A stretch of 64,000 nt of DNA from an uncultured virus (IMG/VR IMGVR_UViG_3300030117_008055) (Duplodnaviria; Heunggongvirae; Uroviricota; Caudoviricetes): positions 1 through 64,000 of the IMG/VR virus record IMGVR_UViG_3300030117_008055; one strand, written 5' to 3'. The position numbers and the translations under genes are program-made. Below are positions 10,801 through 21,700 of this stretch, one piece after another (position 1 is the stretch's first letter; every line of letters starts with the position of its first letter). The notes under the pieces are model-generated. The model did not search any database, was not told the origin of the DNA, and saw nothing but the letters and a program-made list of their open reading frames with translations.

Positions 10801-13800
10801 CCACTTTTAAGCAATATGGCGAGGTTATTGAAAAGCTTGGTGGAGGAAACTATTACACTACACCTCCGCTTGGTATGGGATTTCAGCCACCAGAATATGA
10901 TACTACTTTTGAGATACCTCAGCCTACAGGTGATGGCCCTCCATACAAACTAGGTGCAATTATTTTAGATGGCGATGACGATAATATTCCAGATAATGCA
11001 ACGTTGGGCGAACTAGGTGAAATTGGTGAAGGCGACATTTTTGATCCAAAACCTAGAATTCCTGGGCTTCCTCACCTTCGTGCTAAGCCAGTACAATATT
11101 TTTATGAGCCAGCCTTAGAGGATAGGCATAAGCCATTGATTTATCAATTTTCTTCTGATGAGGGATCTCCAAATTCAGTCGCAATTGCAAGACAGACTTT
11201 GTTTAATGGTATTCACTTTTTTTCAAACAAGTATCAAAATATAAAATATAGACTTTTGGATGGAGATGCTAGAGACTTCAAAGTTGGTTCGCTTAGAAAA
11301 TCTCATTTATATGATTTATTTAGGGCTGCTCGCGCAATGGGAGGTCGAAGATTTAGGTTTAGAGAGCGTTTGTTCCCAGGAGAGTTAAATTCAAGAAGAT
11401 CTCAATTAAATAAGCGTCCTGATTATCATGAACTAGATAGTATTGTTGCGTTTGACGGTCAAAAAATAGATCCAAAACAAGATATAGATCACAGAAAAAG
11501 ATTGACCGATCTTAGAATATTTTGGAGAAATAAACAAGTAGATAGGGTAAGAAACATACGAGCTAGCCATGCAGATGAATCAGTTTTTCTTACGCCTACA
11601 AGCTCTTTAGGTGGTGTATATCAACCCTCTCCAATCACCAAGGATGGAATGTTTCACGAGATAAGACAAATATCTCATGGTTTTTATGTTCAGCCTGGAG
11701 ATTTAAAAGATCAGTTTGCAGGCTCTGATGGACGTAAGCATCATATTGCTGCTGGTATATCTACAAGATATCAAATGGCTAAAACTGCAGACAGCACACC
11801 AAATCTAGGCGAAAATGCTATAATTGTCAATGATGAAAAACATGAGGGCAATCTTAATGCACAATCTGGCGCGCCACAACAAGAACCTGTAAAACTAAAT
11901 AGCTCTATGATTGAGGCTATAATTTTACCTACTTCTGCCATGCAAGGTATAGATTCCCCATTTTTGCCTGAAGATTCTTTAATTGTTGCATTTTCAGCAA
12001 CATCTGCATCCTTCATAGACTCAAATAGCCAAACTGTAACTAATGATGTTGATGTAGGCCATGAAATCCACTACAATCAACCTTTTGATTTTAGTTTAAT
12101 AAGTATGTGGCCTTTAGATTTTCCAGAATATCTCCGTTTGCCCTTCAAGCCAAAAAGTAATCTTGCTAGCCTGCAAGACCCTGATGACTCAACTTATCAG
12201 ATTTTGGATAGTGGGCCTTTTGTTTATGGAATTCAAAGAGTTGGTCTTGCCCCTAACAGAATTGCTCCTGATAGAGTTGAGGGTGCAAATGGCACGCCTG
12301 TTCCTAATTTTTATGAATTTCTCGAAAACAATCCTCATGCTTCTAACTTTTTTAATCAAGAATATGCGAACAGGCTTGGAGACCCTAAGCTAGCAACACA
12401 TGGTCAAAATCCAAAAAATCAAGTTACTGGAGCCGCAGGCGAGCTTTTGTTCAGCACCAAGCCGACAATTACTTTGTATAATAAGCACGCGTACAGAAGG
12501 CCTTTGCCTTTTCCAAGCAACGGTTTTTTACCGGGAGGCAAGCAGTTTTATTCAAACTTAACTACTAATTCTCCAAGTGAAACACTGCTTTTCGACGCCG
12601 CATATGTTTTTAATGGCGCAGAATTTAGTGAGCCAATATTTGTTGATGATGCTTCAGATTTGATAAAAGGATATGGTATTGTTAGTGAGTTGTCTAATGA
12701 GCTTGAAACTACAGAAACTTCCCTTGCTAGCGCTATTTCTAGTGCAGAGCCAAATAGTGAAACTCTTCTTAACAGCTACGAGCCAAAACCAGCTATTTCT
12801 TTTCAAGGAGGAAAAAAAATAGGTGATTCAGACAAGAAAGAAGACTCCAACGGTCTAATAGCGCAAGATTTTGGCACAGCATATAAATATGATTATAGCT
12901 CAATACATCATACTGCATTTTTAAGAGATGGAGCACCCAAACCAGGAACTACATATGACCTTGAGTTCGAATCCGGGGATATCAGTTTCAAATTTACTAA
13001 TATAGAAAATCGCGATAGTTATTTTACTTTAGAGAGGGCAGCAGAGGGTGCAGCTGGGTATGCTAGTGCAACAGCTAGTATGCAATATTTACGTCATGCT
13101 TGGCCTTATTACCAGCCAATATGGAGATTGGATAAATTAACTGGTCGCTCTCCTTTTCATGACTCATATCAAGATTTTACTAATGATGTTGATATTGTTG
13201 GCCGTGGATATTCACAAATTGCAGAGTTTACAATTTCAGATCATTTTGAGCACTACAATGATTTCTTAATTGAGTCTATTAATAATGACAGGCCTGTGTA
13301 TTCGATTACTGAATTTAATAGAATTAAAAGAAACTTAAATGTTCCAATTAATTATGCTGCTAACTTTGCAAAAATTATTGGATCATCAAATGTTGGTGAT
13401 GTGCAAGTTTCTGCTCTGGCTGGCCAGTCTGGTCTTTTAAGTGAGTCTCCAAAAGTTATACACACTGCTAGTGCCATGTCCTCTACTTTTAATGCAACCT
13501 CTACAATGCATGATTTAGAATATGCAGACTACACTGTTGTATTTAATTCTTTATCTGCCAGCCAATATGAAGAGGCGAATGGACACTGGAGAATGGATTC
13601 TCACAGTACAGCCTTTATGCCAAAATACATGCAGGCTGATGCTAGCAAAAACTTTGCAAAACTGTCGCGACAAAACGATAGAGGGTTTTTAGACGATAAA
13701 GATACTATACCAAATAAAATTACTTTGACTGTTAAATCAATTAAAAAGCTCTTGCCTCAAAAAGATATGTATCCTTTGTTTAGAACAATGAAACTTGGCT

Positions 13801-16800
13801 CAATGTTAACGGATGCATTTTCTGACTCAATAAGCTACTCTACTAGGGAATATGATGGAATAAATTCTGGCGTAACTGACTCTCATAAGGCTGCTGCTGC
13901 GACACAAAGCTTTTTAGAGCCTCTTTTTGCTCCTGGAATCATGTTTAATTCAATTAAATCTGGGTTAGGAGTTAGTTTTCCTATTTTTGTTGATGAAGGA
14001 GCCGGCCGCGGCGCTCCATACTATTATGGCAATCCTCACATATATGGTCCATGGGGACCATCTCCATTTACCTCCTCCGGCCAGCAACATGCAGGATTTG
14101 ATAATTTAGCATATAGAATAGATGATCCTGTTACAATGTTTAGTTATGGATTAGCCAATAGTGCTGGAGTTAATAGAACGGCGCCAACATATTTGATGCG
14201 TAGGCCAAGCTTTCAGTTGCCTTTTGAAGCGATATATAAGCCAAATTATTTAGAAATAATGAAAAAACGCAAGACTTATATGGTTGATGATCTTTTTGAT
14301 CAAACGAGGTCAACTTATGTTACAGGGGCCTATAATCAGATAGAGTATGAGACCGGCACACCAGGCGGATCACATGAATGGACATTTACAACTGCGTCAA
14401 TTTCATATGTTATTACAGGAACTTCTAATCATGCTCACATGACAGGTTCAAGATTTACATTGTCTGCTTGGCATGCGCAATCAGGAGAGAAAACAAAAGA
14501 TTTTGATTCTCAGGTGCAGTATGATTATGGAACCCCAGAGGACACATCTTATTGGGAGTTTAAAAATCACCCCCAAAGTGCCTTAGACCCTTCAATAGCT
14601 TTATTTCCAGAGATAAATAGTTTAACTGCTTCAGTCGATGATGAAAGTATTGATGATTTTCCATTATTTTTGAATTATAGATTTGAAGGCGTTGCTAATG
14701 ACACTGATGCTGTTAATATAACAGGATCTCAATTTTTAGTAGGAACTACTCCATACGAGTATGCTACAAATTTAGCAGACGCAATCAATCGTCGATGCAA
14801 AGTTACTCATTCAGTGCAAACAGGCTCAACACCATCTTACGATATTGATGGAAATGAAGTGGTGGCTTCTAGTAAAACTATGAAGTTACGTATTCATCAA
14901 TTTTTTACAGCTAGTGTGCTAGTGGATACCACAGGAAAATTTGGTCAACCGGTCGGACAAGTCGCAAACGTGCTAACAATACACACTGCTGGCCCATTAA
15001 TGAATCATGGAATAAAAGAAGGTATAGTATTTTTTAACAATGATGATGAATTACTTATGTTTGATGACACAAATATTCATCCTCTTGTATTTGCTAGAGA
15101 AATGAGACTTCCAGTTGGAGACGCCAACGCAGATTGTATATTCGGTACCCCCATATGCCATACATCATCACATGGTAAAAGATTTACCAGTTCTACAACT
15201 GCACTAGGATTAGTGAATCATTCCTATGGCTTTTTCGATAGACCAGGAAGTTCTCACTCTAGAAACGTTGCGCAACATGAATTTAAACCTCATGTCCTTC
15301 TGTACCCAGACATGCCAGATACTGGCAGTTTTCAAAGTAGATTATATGAAGCATCAATTAATAACTTTTTAGCAGAAACAATTAATTTCTTTATAGATTC
15401 TGAAAGTGAAGGCAGGTACTATGATTTAAAAATGCCAGTTATTGTATCTGATCCAATAGAAACTGTACCGGTGACGTCTGGTACGGTATATTATATGTCT
15501 GTAAATCTATACATGGGCAAAAGTCACATTATGTGTGAAGGCCCTAGGTTTGCAAATATGCCTCACGCAGCTCATAATGCATCTTCCTCAATGAGAGGTG
15601 CTTTTTTTGGGCCACCAATGGAGGTTGTGCACCGTGATTCTAAGATAAATGGACCCGCTAGTGGAGGATACACAAGTGATGCTGAGGCAATGAGTTCTAA
15701 TTTAACAGACCCAGCCTATCATCATGTAACACCCCCATATTTTTATGGCCCATCATCTATTCTATTGCGATACCAAGCTACTAGCAGTGGCGATGTTACA
15801 ATTGATGATATATGGACAAATACTAAAAAATCATCATTATATTTTGAAGAATATATTACAGACATTCCAGATGGATCAACTACTACAATCGGAGATGAAG
15901 TCCCGGTATCCGACTTTTTCTTCCCAACTTCGTCGTTGAGTCCAAAAGTGCCGACAAAAAAATCTGTATCGCAAGGCTCGGCTGCAAGAATGAAATTAGA
16001 AGAGTGTGTTGATGTTTGGTCTCCAAAAAATCTTGTTGAAGTACAGGCGCTTGATCCAGCAACAAACATCCCCTCTGCAACTCCGACAAAAGTTTGGGCT
16101 ATGACTCCAAAATGGGTTTGTCCCGTTTTAGATTTTGGTCTGCCAGCAACACTTTTCATGTCTGCTAGTTCATATGATTCTTTTGATAACAAAATATTTG
16201 AATCTTCATTTCAACTTAATGATCCAGCAATTAAGTCAACTTTATCTTACTATAACATGCTTACAGGTAGATCTATGTGGACTGGATACGGAATTGACCC
16301 ATATGATGGGTCAGATTTAAAAAGAATTGAATTGTATATGAACAAGCAACAACTTCTTAAAAAACAGTTTGAAGATTATTATGAAATTTTAAAACAAGAT
16401 GAATTAGAAAATGGAAATATAGAAAAAGAAACTATCGCTTTTGTGGTAGAGCCAGATCAAGATGTTTCTTCTGTTAATAAAAAAGGAATTTATTTTCAAA
16501 TATCAGAAACGTTCCCGGAAGAGCTTGCAACACAAGCTGCTTCTTCTGTCACATTCCAAACCCCATACGAGGGTGCAGAAAATGCTTCCGGATATTATAC
16601 CTCCAGAGAAGAAGTGTTTTCATCAACTAGCGTAACATCATCTCTTGTACCCTTGCTGGGCTTTAACGATACAAACAGAAGGCCAATTGGAAAAATTTCA
16701 AAGAGCAAAGTCGTCTCTGAGGCTATTGTCGCTATCCCTTATCTACCCAAGCCTTTTGGAATATACGGAAAAATTAGAGGAACTGGCCCAGATGGATCAG

Positions 16801-17747
16801 TAATTGCATCTAAAGATTTGCTTAGTCTTGTGGAAAAAGGACCTGATCAGTCTTTAGTAAGAACTTTAATGGGTACTACTGAGGTTATTCCAGGATATCA
16901 CTTTTTGTCAATTGACAATTTGGTTTTTGACAATTTCTTAAATACTATTTTAATAGACTTTTTAACTCCAAACAGCTCGCCCAGAAGTGAAGAGTTAAAG
17001 CAAAGGTACGAAAATTATTCAAATGCATTAGAAATATGTGATGCTAGTGATCTAGGAATAATGATAAACACACTCCTAGGTCGTGTTGGCCCATCTAAGC
17101 TTGGCTATATGCTTCCGCCAGAGATGGACTTTATAAACAATTCAGCGATTGCACCTTTTCAAATGGCTGTAGTTCCTCTTGCTCACGAGTTAGACAAAAG
17201 AGATCTTATGAATATGTGGCAAAATATAATGCCAGATATATCCACTAAATTGATAAAATCTGTTGATAACATTTCGTTTAATCCAAATGCAAATTTCTTT
17301 GGAACGCCTGAAGCTGAATTTGACTTATTGGCAATATCTAAGACTGGTGGAAATCTAGGATCGCCTCCGCTTGCCGAAGTTTGCCCGGGCCAGTTCTTGA
17401 ATACTAAATCTCTTTCAAAGAATTTTCAAAAAACTTTTGAAGACGATATACTTCCCTATAATATTCCATTCATCCCTCCTAATTCATCTGTTTTTTTTGA
17501 AAAGCTTAAGTGGCTTGTATTTAAAGTAAAGCAGCGCGCCGCAAAAGATTATGAAACCTACAGAGAGCGTCAAATAGATGCTGCAATTGCTTCGAAAGGA
17601 TACCAAAGAAAACAACAACAAAACTTGCAATATTCTGCTTTAGATTGTCTAAATACAAAAGAGATCTATGGTGCAAATTGGCCCTATGATTTCTTCTCAT
17701 TAACTGAGAGAGCAAAAATAGAAATTGAATATGAGGTGCAGTCTTAA
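7851..17747 (+). CDS. Giant virion structural protein (3298 aa) with nested Ser/Thr/Gly-rich modules in its N-terminal region
   Basis: Uninterrupted 9.9 kb ORF within the structural block; AGGTG SD-like sequence upstream; repeated A.A.I.V / ATN(L/I)...IN / GN..I...F.GG modules. Confidence 0.6.
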   Translation: MSRSRYITLEQSRANRATTFTSVKTYTLESRNTASVTASSEFVPLNTLIVDNFPETSKKGSWYLYVFDNPTGSFFQLETPEKTHKFTAVNDTTPLVPASASISVVANQAVAKITFDGTTIQNGENFRIIDGEGKTTLFTFDTGSTSSTGTTVGLSGRSTTSTIATAVASCINSESIKITATASGSSVELKQDIFGSHGNTLTQTSGSTTLNSGYRVSNFSGGRGLNYSSHNQGITFSDASNNSYSASIDAGTRSTLSIDLVSIDNIASSAAASGSITVTDYSALTAATTASATVSVSSANITAGDTIRLIDSYGYAHSFRAVASRGNESTDYIFDSGSSSTTATNLARIINLNNSFSASASSNNVTITQFVGGAAGNTTITITQPSGSAGIEVTSNFSSGADGTKIVLTSADGQQYNLLADSKVTSGDVSTTTASPAFRGNTLFFKIGSTNAATATNIKTALNQIGAFNSSISSNVISVTQQFAGTSGNISITENSSGLTADGFAGGTAGDSFVFTTRHSDSVTLRAGENFLVKSGDRELTRDNLISSINLNPILFANFTAFPHDCDPGIAVLTSRRAGTSENSHSVSFSSTSTAAGDIKIQDTAITNSRSISAQSFVSGAASATTSKTIIGVSSVTTPTEFAAEINTSLAAAITDGLKATTSASGATVSVVSSVAGSAGNNTISGSYVFGYNAFTSGFSGGADNVHVGSSKTDYATNLVSRINTSLSSYVTATLGDLTTITAPRHPPTGKITFVSTTLSDYTSQTITISGLEKTKTYKFSDECGDTGELSGSSVMVYLGNQTTINVNNIANEFVGALNHSNGHGFNIRVKNPSSGVIILSLKHGTENSITAMSKTAADSVMTKEDITQQTAVPITIAMKFGGDFRDAYPASISIDGSLFLDKTPSTSCDSCEDDVDNHFETGPIGGEGPSIINFDNIKGGGNTDTSDYLNPNYQDFYGSGSQANSGGLLNDILVNRNGIYEYPTFKQYGEVIEKLGGGNYYTTPPLGMGFQPPEYDTTFEIPQPTGDGPPYKLGAIILDGDDDNIPDNATLGELGEIGEGDIFDPKPRIPGLPHLRAKPVQYFYEPALEDRHKPLIYQFSSDEGSPNSVAIARQTLFNGIHFFSNKYQNIKYRLLDGDARDFKVGSLRKSHLYDLFRAARAMGGRRFRFRERLFPGELNSRRSQLNKRPDYHELDSIVAFDGQKIDPKQDIDHRKRLTDLRIFWRNKQVDRVRNIRASHADESVFLTPTSSLGGVYQPSPITKDGMFHEIRQISHGFYVQPGDLKDQFAGSDGRKHHIAAGISTRYQMAKTADSTPNLGENAIIVNDEKHEGNLNAQSGAPQQEPVKLNSSMIEAIILPTSAMQGIDSPFLPEDSLIVAFSATSASFIDSNSQTVTNDVDVGHEIHYNQPFDFSLISMWPLDFPEYLRLPFKPKSNLASLQDPDDSTYQILDSGPFVYGIQRVGLAPNRIAPDRVEGANGTPVPNFYEFLENNPHASNFFNQEYANRLGDPKLATHGQNPKNQVTGAAGELLFSTKPTITLYNKHAYRRPLPFPSNGFLPGGKQFYSNLTTNSPSETLLFDAAYVFNGAEFSEPIFVDDASDLIKGYGIVSELSNELETTETSLASAISSAEPNSETLLNSYEPKPAISFQGGKKIGDSDKKEDSNGLIAQDFGTAYKYDYSSIHHTAFLRDGAPKPGTTYDLEFESGDISFKFTNIENRDSYFTLERAAEGAAGYASATASMQYLRHAWPYYQPIWRLDKLTGRSPFHDSYQDFTNDVDIVGRGYSQIAEFTISDHFEHYNDFLIESINNDRPVYSITEFNRIKRNLNVPINYAANFAKIIGSSNVGDVQVSALAGQSGLLSESPKVIHTASAMSSTFNATSTMHDLEYADYTVVFNSLSASQYEEANGHWRMDSHSTAFMPKYMQADASKNFAKLSRQNDRGFLDDKDTIPNKITLTVKSIKKLLPQKDMYPLFRTMKLGSMLTDAFSDSISYSTREYDGINSGVTDSHKAAAATQSFLEPLFAPGIMFNSIKSGLGVSFPIFVDEGAGRGAPYYYGNPHIYGPWGPSPFTSSGQQHAGFDNLAYRIDDPVTMFSYGLANSAGVNRTAPTYLMRRPSFQLPFEAIYKPNYLEIMKKRKTYMVDDLFDQTRSTYVTGAYNQIEYETGTPGGSHEWTFTTASISYVITGTSNHAHMTGSRFTLSAWHAQSGEKTKDFDSQVQYDYGTPEDTSYWEFKNHPQSALDPSIALFPEINSLTASVDDESIDDFPLFLNYRFEGVANDTDAVNITGSQFLVGTTPYEYATNLADAINRRCKVTHSVQTGSTPSYDIDGNEVVASSKTMKLRIHQFFTASVLVDTTGKFGQPVGQVANVLTIHTAGPLMNHGIKEGIVFFNNDDELLMFDDTNIHPLVFAREMRLPVGDANADCIFGTPICHTSSHGKRFTSSTTALGLVNHSYGFFDRPGSSHSRNVAQHEFKPHVLLYPDMPDTGSFQSRLYEASINNFLAETINFFIDSESEGRYYDLKMPVIVSDPIETVPVTSGTVYYMSVNLYMGKSHIMCEGPRFANMPHAAHNASSSMRGAFFGPPMEVVHRDSKINGPASGGYTSDAEAMSSNLTDPAYHHVTPPYFYGPSSILLRYQATSSGDVTIDDIWTNTKKSSLYFEEYITDIPDGSTTTIGDEVPVSDFFFPTSSLSPKVPTKKSVSQGSAARMKLEECVDVWSPKNLVEVQALDPATNIPSATPTKVWAMTPKWVCPVLDFGLPATLFMSASSYDSFDNKIFESSFQLNDPAIKSTLSYYNMLTGRSMWTGYGIDPYDGSDLKRIELYMNKQQLLKKQFEDYYEILKQDELENGNIEKETIAFVVEPDQDVSSVNKKGIYFQISETFPEELATQAASSVTFQTPYEGAENASGYYTSREEVFSSTSVTSSLVPLLGFNDTNRRPIGKISKSKVVSEAIVAIPYLPKPFGIYGKIRGTGPDGSVIASKDLLSLVEKGPDQSLVRTLMGTTEVIPGYHFLSIDNLVFDNFLNTILIDFLTPNSSPRSEELKQRYENYSNALEICDASDLGIMINTLLGRVGPSKLGYMLPPEMDFINNSAIAPFQMAVVPLAHELDKRDLMNMWQNIMPDISTKLIKSVDNISFNPNANFFGTPEAEFDLLAISKTGGNLGSPPLAEVCPGQFLNTKSLSKNFQKTFEDDILPYNIPFIPPNSSVFFEKLKWLVFKVKQRAAKDYETYRERQIDAAIASKGYQRKQQQNLQYSALDCLNTKEIYGANWPYDFFSLTERAKIEIEYEVQS

Positions 17748-18775
17748 TGGAATTTTTTGATTCAAAAGAAGAAGTTATTGATCTTCAATTAACTCAGTTT
17801 GGGCGTCATTTGCTCTCTAAGGGGAAATTTAAGCCTGTATATTATTCTTTTTTTGATGACGATGTGCTTTATAATTGTGAAAATGCAGGCTTTTCAGAAG
17901 AACAAAACCAAACTCACGAAAGAATATACAAAGCAGCAGAAAATATTACAGGTTCCGGTGCTCCAAGGATGAAACCTCAAATATCTTTCTTAAGTTTAGA
18001 AAAAGAATTTCTTAATAACTACAATAAAACTGTTTCTGGGCAAGAAAAGCCTGGTGACCCTGGGCAACAACCAACAGCAATAAAAAATTACACCCTGCCT
18101 CAACCAATTGGTACTATCGCAGCTGACAAAGACTCCGCCCCAGCATTTTCTGTGAAGGTCTTACAAGGAGAAATATCCAGTTCAGCCGGTTTTATAGATC
18201 TTAAGCAAACATCTGGCGGCAAAAATACAATTATGATACCTCAGCTTGAGATGGAGCTTGATATAGAATACATACCTCAAGAACACGATGAATTTTATGA
18301 AATAGAAGACGCGTCTGCAATATCTTTTGGTGTTACAACAAAAAATGAAGAAATGTTTTTGTTTGTTAAGATTTTAGAGGAAAATGCGCCGTATCAAAAA
18401 AGAAATTTTGATATGGAGGTTTATGAAATATCTGAAGAGGTGTCTGGTTCAACCACGGTTGAGCACCTCAGACAATTAGAGTTTTTTAATATGCCTAAGT
18501 GGCTTTTTGATAGTGAAAAACCAAGTGATCCATCGCTTTTAATAAGCTCAAACACCACTCCTGAGTTAGCTCAAAACAATGTTGAATACTATTTTGATGT
18601 TTTTGTTGATGAAGAAATTGATGAAGAAATTTGCAGGCTAGATCCTGACACATTTAATAGAGGTGTCTTTGCAAATAAAGATAATAAATTATGTCGTGAT
18701 GTATTAAATGATGATAATAAAGTATCTTATGATATTTATGAAGCAGAGGCTGATGATCCTGGAGAAGTTTGCTAA
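17747..18775 (+). CDS. Virion structural protein, N-terminus paralogous to 25826..26869
   Basis: MEFFDSKEEVIDLQLTQFGRHLLSKGKFKPVYYSFFDDDVLY aligns by eye with MAFLDNSGDIILDAVLTDTGRLRLAQGDGSFKITKFALGDDEINY; TAATG stop/start overlap with the previous gene. Confidence 0.55.
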   Translation: MEFFDSKEEVIDLQLTQFGRHLLSKGKFKPVYYSFFDDDVLYNCENAGFSEEQNQTHERIYKAAENITGSGAPRMKPQISFLSLEKEFLNNYNKTVSGQEKPGDPGQQPTAIKNYTLPQPIGTIAADKDSAPAFSVKVLQGEISSSAGFIDLKQTSGGKNTIMIPQLEMELDIEYIPQEHDEFYEIEDASAISFGVTTKNEEMFLFVKILEENAPYQKRNFDMEVYEISEEVSGSTTVEHLRQLEFFNMPKWLFDSEKPSDPSLLISSNTTPELAQNNVEYYFDVFVDEEIDEEICRLDPDTFNRGVFANKDNKLCRDVLNDDNKVSYDIYEAEADDPGEVC

Positions 18776-21700
18776 TGGCTAGTAATGTTTTAGATACTCT
18801 TGTTGGCGATATTCTACCTCATGTTCACATTAAAAAAATTATTGTTGAAGACTGGGATGGTAGTAGCCAAGCCGGCTTAAATGATGGTCCTGGCATACCA
18901 TATCTTCATACAATAACTGTCCAAATGGAGCTTTATCAGCGTAAAGATAGCTTATTAAAAAGTTCATGGCTGGCAGATATAGACTTAAACCTTGAAGAAG
19001 AAGGCGTAACTAGTCTTTTTGATTTTTTTAAATTAAATTTTGCAACTGTTCAAAGTTCTACCTCTATTAGGAAGCTAAGAAAGTCCAATCCTACTAGTGC
19101 TCTAAAATCAGATCGATCTGTATATCTACATAAGCAATCTGATATTTCTGATCAAGATTATTGGCCGGCCGCTTTTAAAGGAAGAGAGTCAGGGATGGGT
19201 GTTTCGTCGGCGTATGGTGATCCATTTGCTAGAAAATGGAGCGTTCCTGTTCATCTAGGTGCTCTTGCTGGTCTAACTCAATCAGGCTTCGATGGTAATT
19301 CTTCTGTTCTACATGATGCTAAAATTAGAGAAGAAATTTATAATGGAGATGTGTACTACGCTATACCATATCAAACTAAGTTTAACTGGCGACCAGTTAT
19401 GGAATTGTCACAGGTCGCTGAATATGATGCTTCTGGAGAAAACCTGGCCGCGTCAATTAACAAAAAAAATCTAAAACTTATTGGCGATGTGTCACGTTTA
19501 ATTAGTTCTGGTGAACTATCAGCGTATAATCTTGGATTTGTAGCATATATGTCTCTAAAGTTAGACGATGCTTTGGGCCTTCCAGCAAACTCTGTCTATA
19601 GAGATGTGGTTAATCTAGAGGGCACAATATCTACAGAAGTTATAATGGCTAATGGTGTTCCAGTTGACACAAGAGAGGCTTTTGTTGACCCCAATGGAAA
19701 GGAGTGGTCTGGCGCTGTGCACTATCATGGCCCAGAAAACCCAGTTGAAGGATATCAAGGATACATGGTTGGACTTAAGCACCGTCCGGGAGAGAACCAG
19801 CCAAAGTTAACTGTCATAGAGAAACCTAATGTTTTAATTTCTGATATGACAGACCCAATTCAACAAAAAGTGCCAAATGAGATGTTTAGTATTGATAAGT
19901 CTGGCAATGTTGTTGTAACCGGCGAAGACTCAACATCAAATATTGGGCCTTCCTACGCTAATGCAAAAGAAATTTTTGATTTAATAAACGAGCCTATACA
20001 GGTTCAGTATCAAAAAAACACTGTAAAGGATATTTTTAAGAACGATAAAGATAATGATACTGAATTCTCTGGCCTGTACGTTAGTAGGGACTCTTCCAAC
20101 AATGCCAGAGGAATGTTTTTCATTGATTTTAGAGAACTTTTATTAAATAATTCTCAATACATGCAATATATCAGGCCACAAATTAGAAAAAGCCTAGGTG
20201 TTGTTTCAGAGGCACTTCTTAAAAGCAGGATAATAAATTTATCTTTGTATAGAAGAAGAATTAACCCGCATATAATGGAAAAAGGCTATAAGGCCTTTGC
20301 TGTAAACACAAGTTATGAACACCCACCAGAGCTTATAGGGACACTTCAAGATAATGATTCTTTCAAAACTGCATTTACTTCTTATGAAAAAAGCACTACT
20401 TCTTTCAGAGAGACAAAAATAGATACGGAAAAATCAAACTTTACAAGATATTTTGCTTTTTCTGACTCTGATATTTCGCTTTTAGGGTCAGGGTATTATC
20501 AATATGAAGTCGAGCTTGAGTTTTTTGATGGCACTGCAATTGTAATGCAGGAATTATCAGATAATTTAAAATCACTTAAAGTTGAAATAGACGATTACGG
20601 CAGATTAGCGTCATCTTCAGAACAAAAACAGGTTGCGCAAAGCGAAACATTGCAGAAAATTAAAGGAAGCAAGAAATCTACTTCTGTTACTACTAATAAA
20701 TACATGTATGTTCCGTACTATGATAATAATTACAAATCTTACAGAACGGAATTTTCTAAATTAGCTCATGAGCAGTTTCAAAAAAATGGATCGCACGTTT
20801 GGACAAGAACAGCAGAAGCCATGGTGATTTATTTTACTTTATTTTCATCAAAAAAATTGTCTACAGATCTTTTAGGCCAATCTAAAGTAGGAAAGAAAAT
20901 TCTTAAAATGTTAATGCCTGGTCCTGTGATAAATGGAAGTCCGGATGAAATTGCGCTTGTCTCCAGAATATTGAACAACTCGATCAAGTCTTTAGATAAA
21001 ATTTTGTATCAAAAATCGTCAAAAAAACAATATAATTCAAATATTTTTCAAAGCATTGTTAAAACAGATGATCCAAAAAATCAATTTGACTATAAAATGC
21101 CTTCATATTCAACAATAAAAGAAAAACATAGCTATGATCATCCAAGAGAAATAGTTAGAGCATCTCGCGCCTCATCTTTTTACGCTGATTACTTATCAAC
21201 TAATAATGAACCACTTTTTTCAAGCTACTCTGGGCCTAGAGTTATTTCAAAACAAACTTTCAAAAAAAGATGTTACTTGGAGCTTTTAAAGTTTTCTCCT
21301 TTGGCGTTAAATCAATTTGCTGTGCATGGCACAGACCCAGAATCTGCACCTTTTGGAGGAGCTATTCCAAGATTGATTCAAGGGCAGGCTAGACGAGACG
21401 CAGATAACTTCACTATGGATAATCTTTCTAAAACTATGTTTAGCTATTTGTGTCCATCGCTCATATCTTTAGCATCTAATGTTGAAAATGAAGCTAGTTT
21501 TAATTTTAGATATTCAACTTTTGATTTAAAAGCAGAGGAAGTTTTGCTTGGTAATTTACAACCAGCCTATACCAATATAATGTCAAGAAGAGGTAGAAAC
21601 AACAGCTTGTTAAACACTATGCTTTTAACCATAGGAAATTATGCAAAAAATTTGCAAGATGTAAGATACGCAGAACAAGTTGATGCTTTTGTAATTCCTC

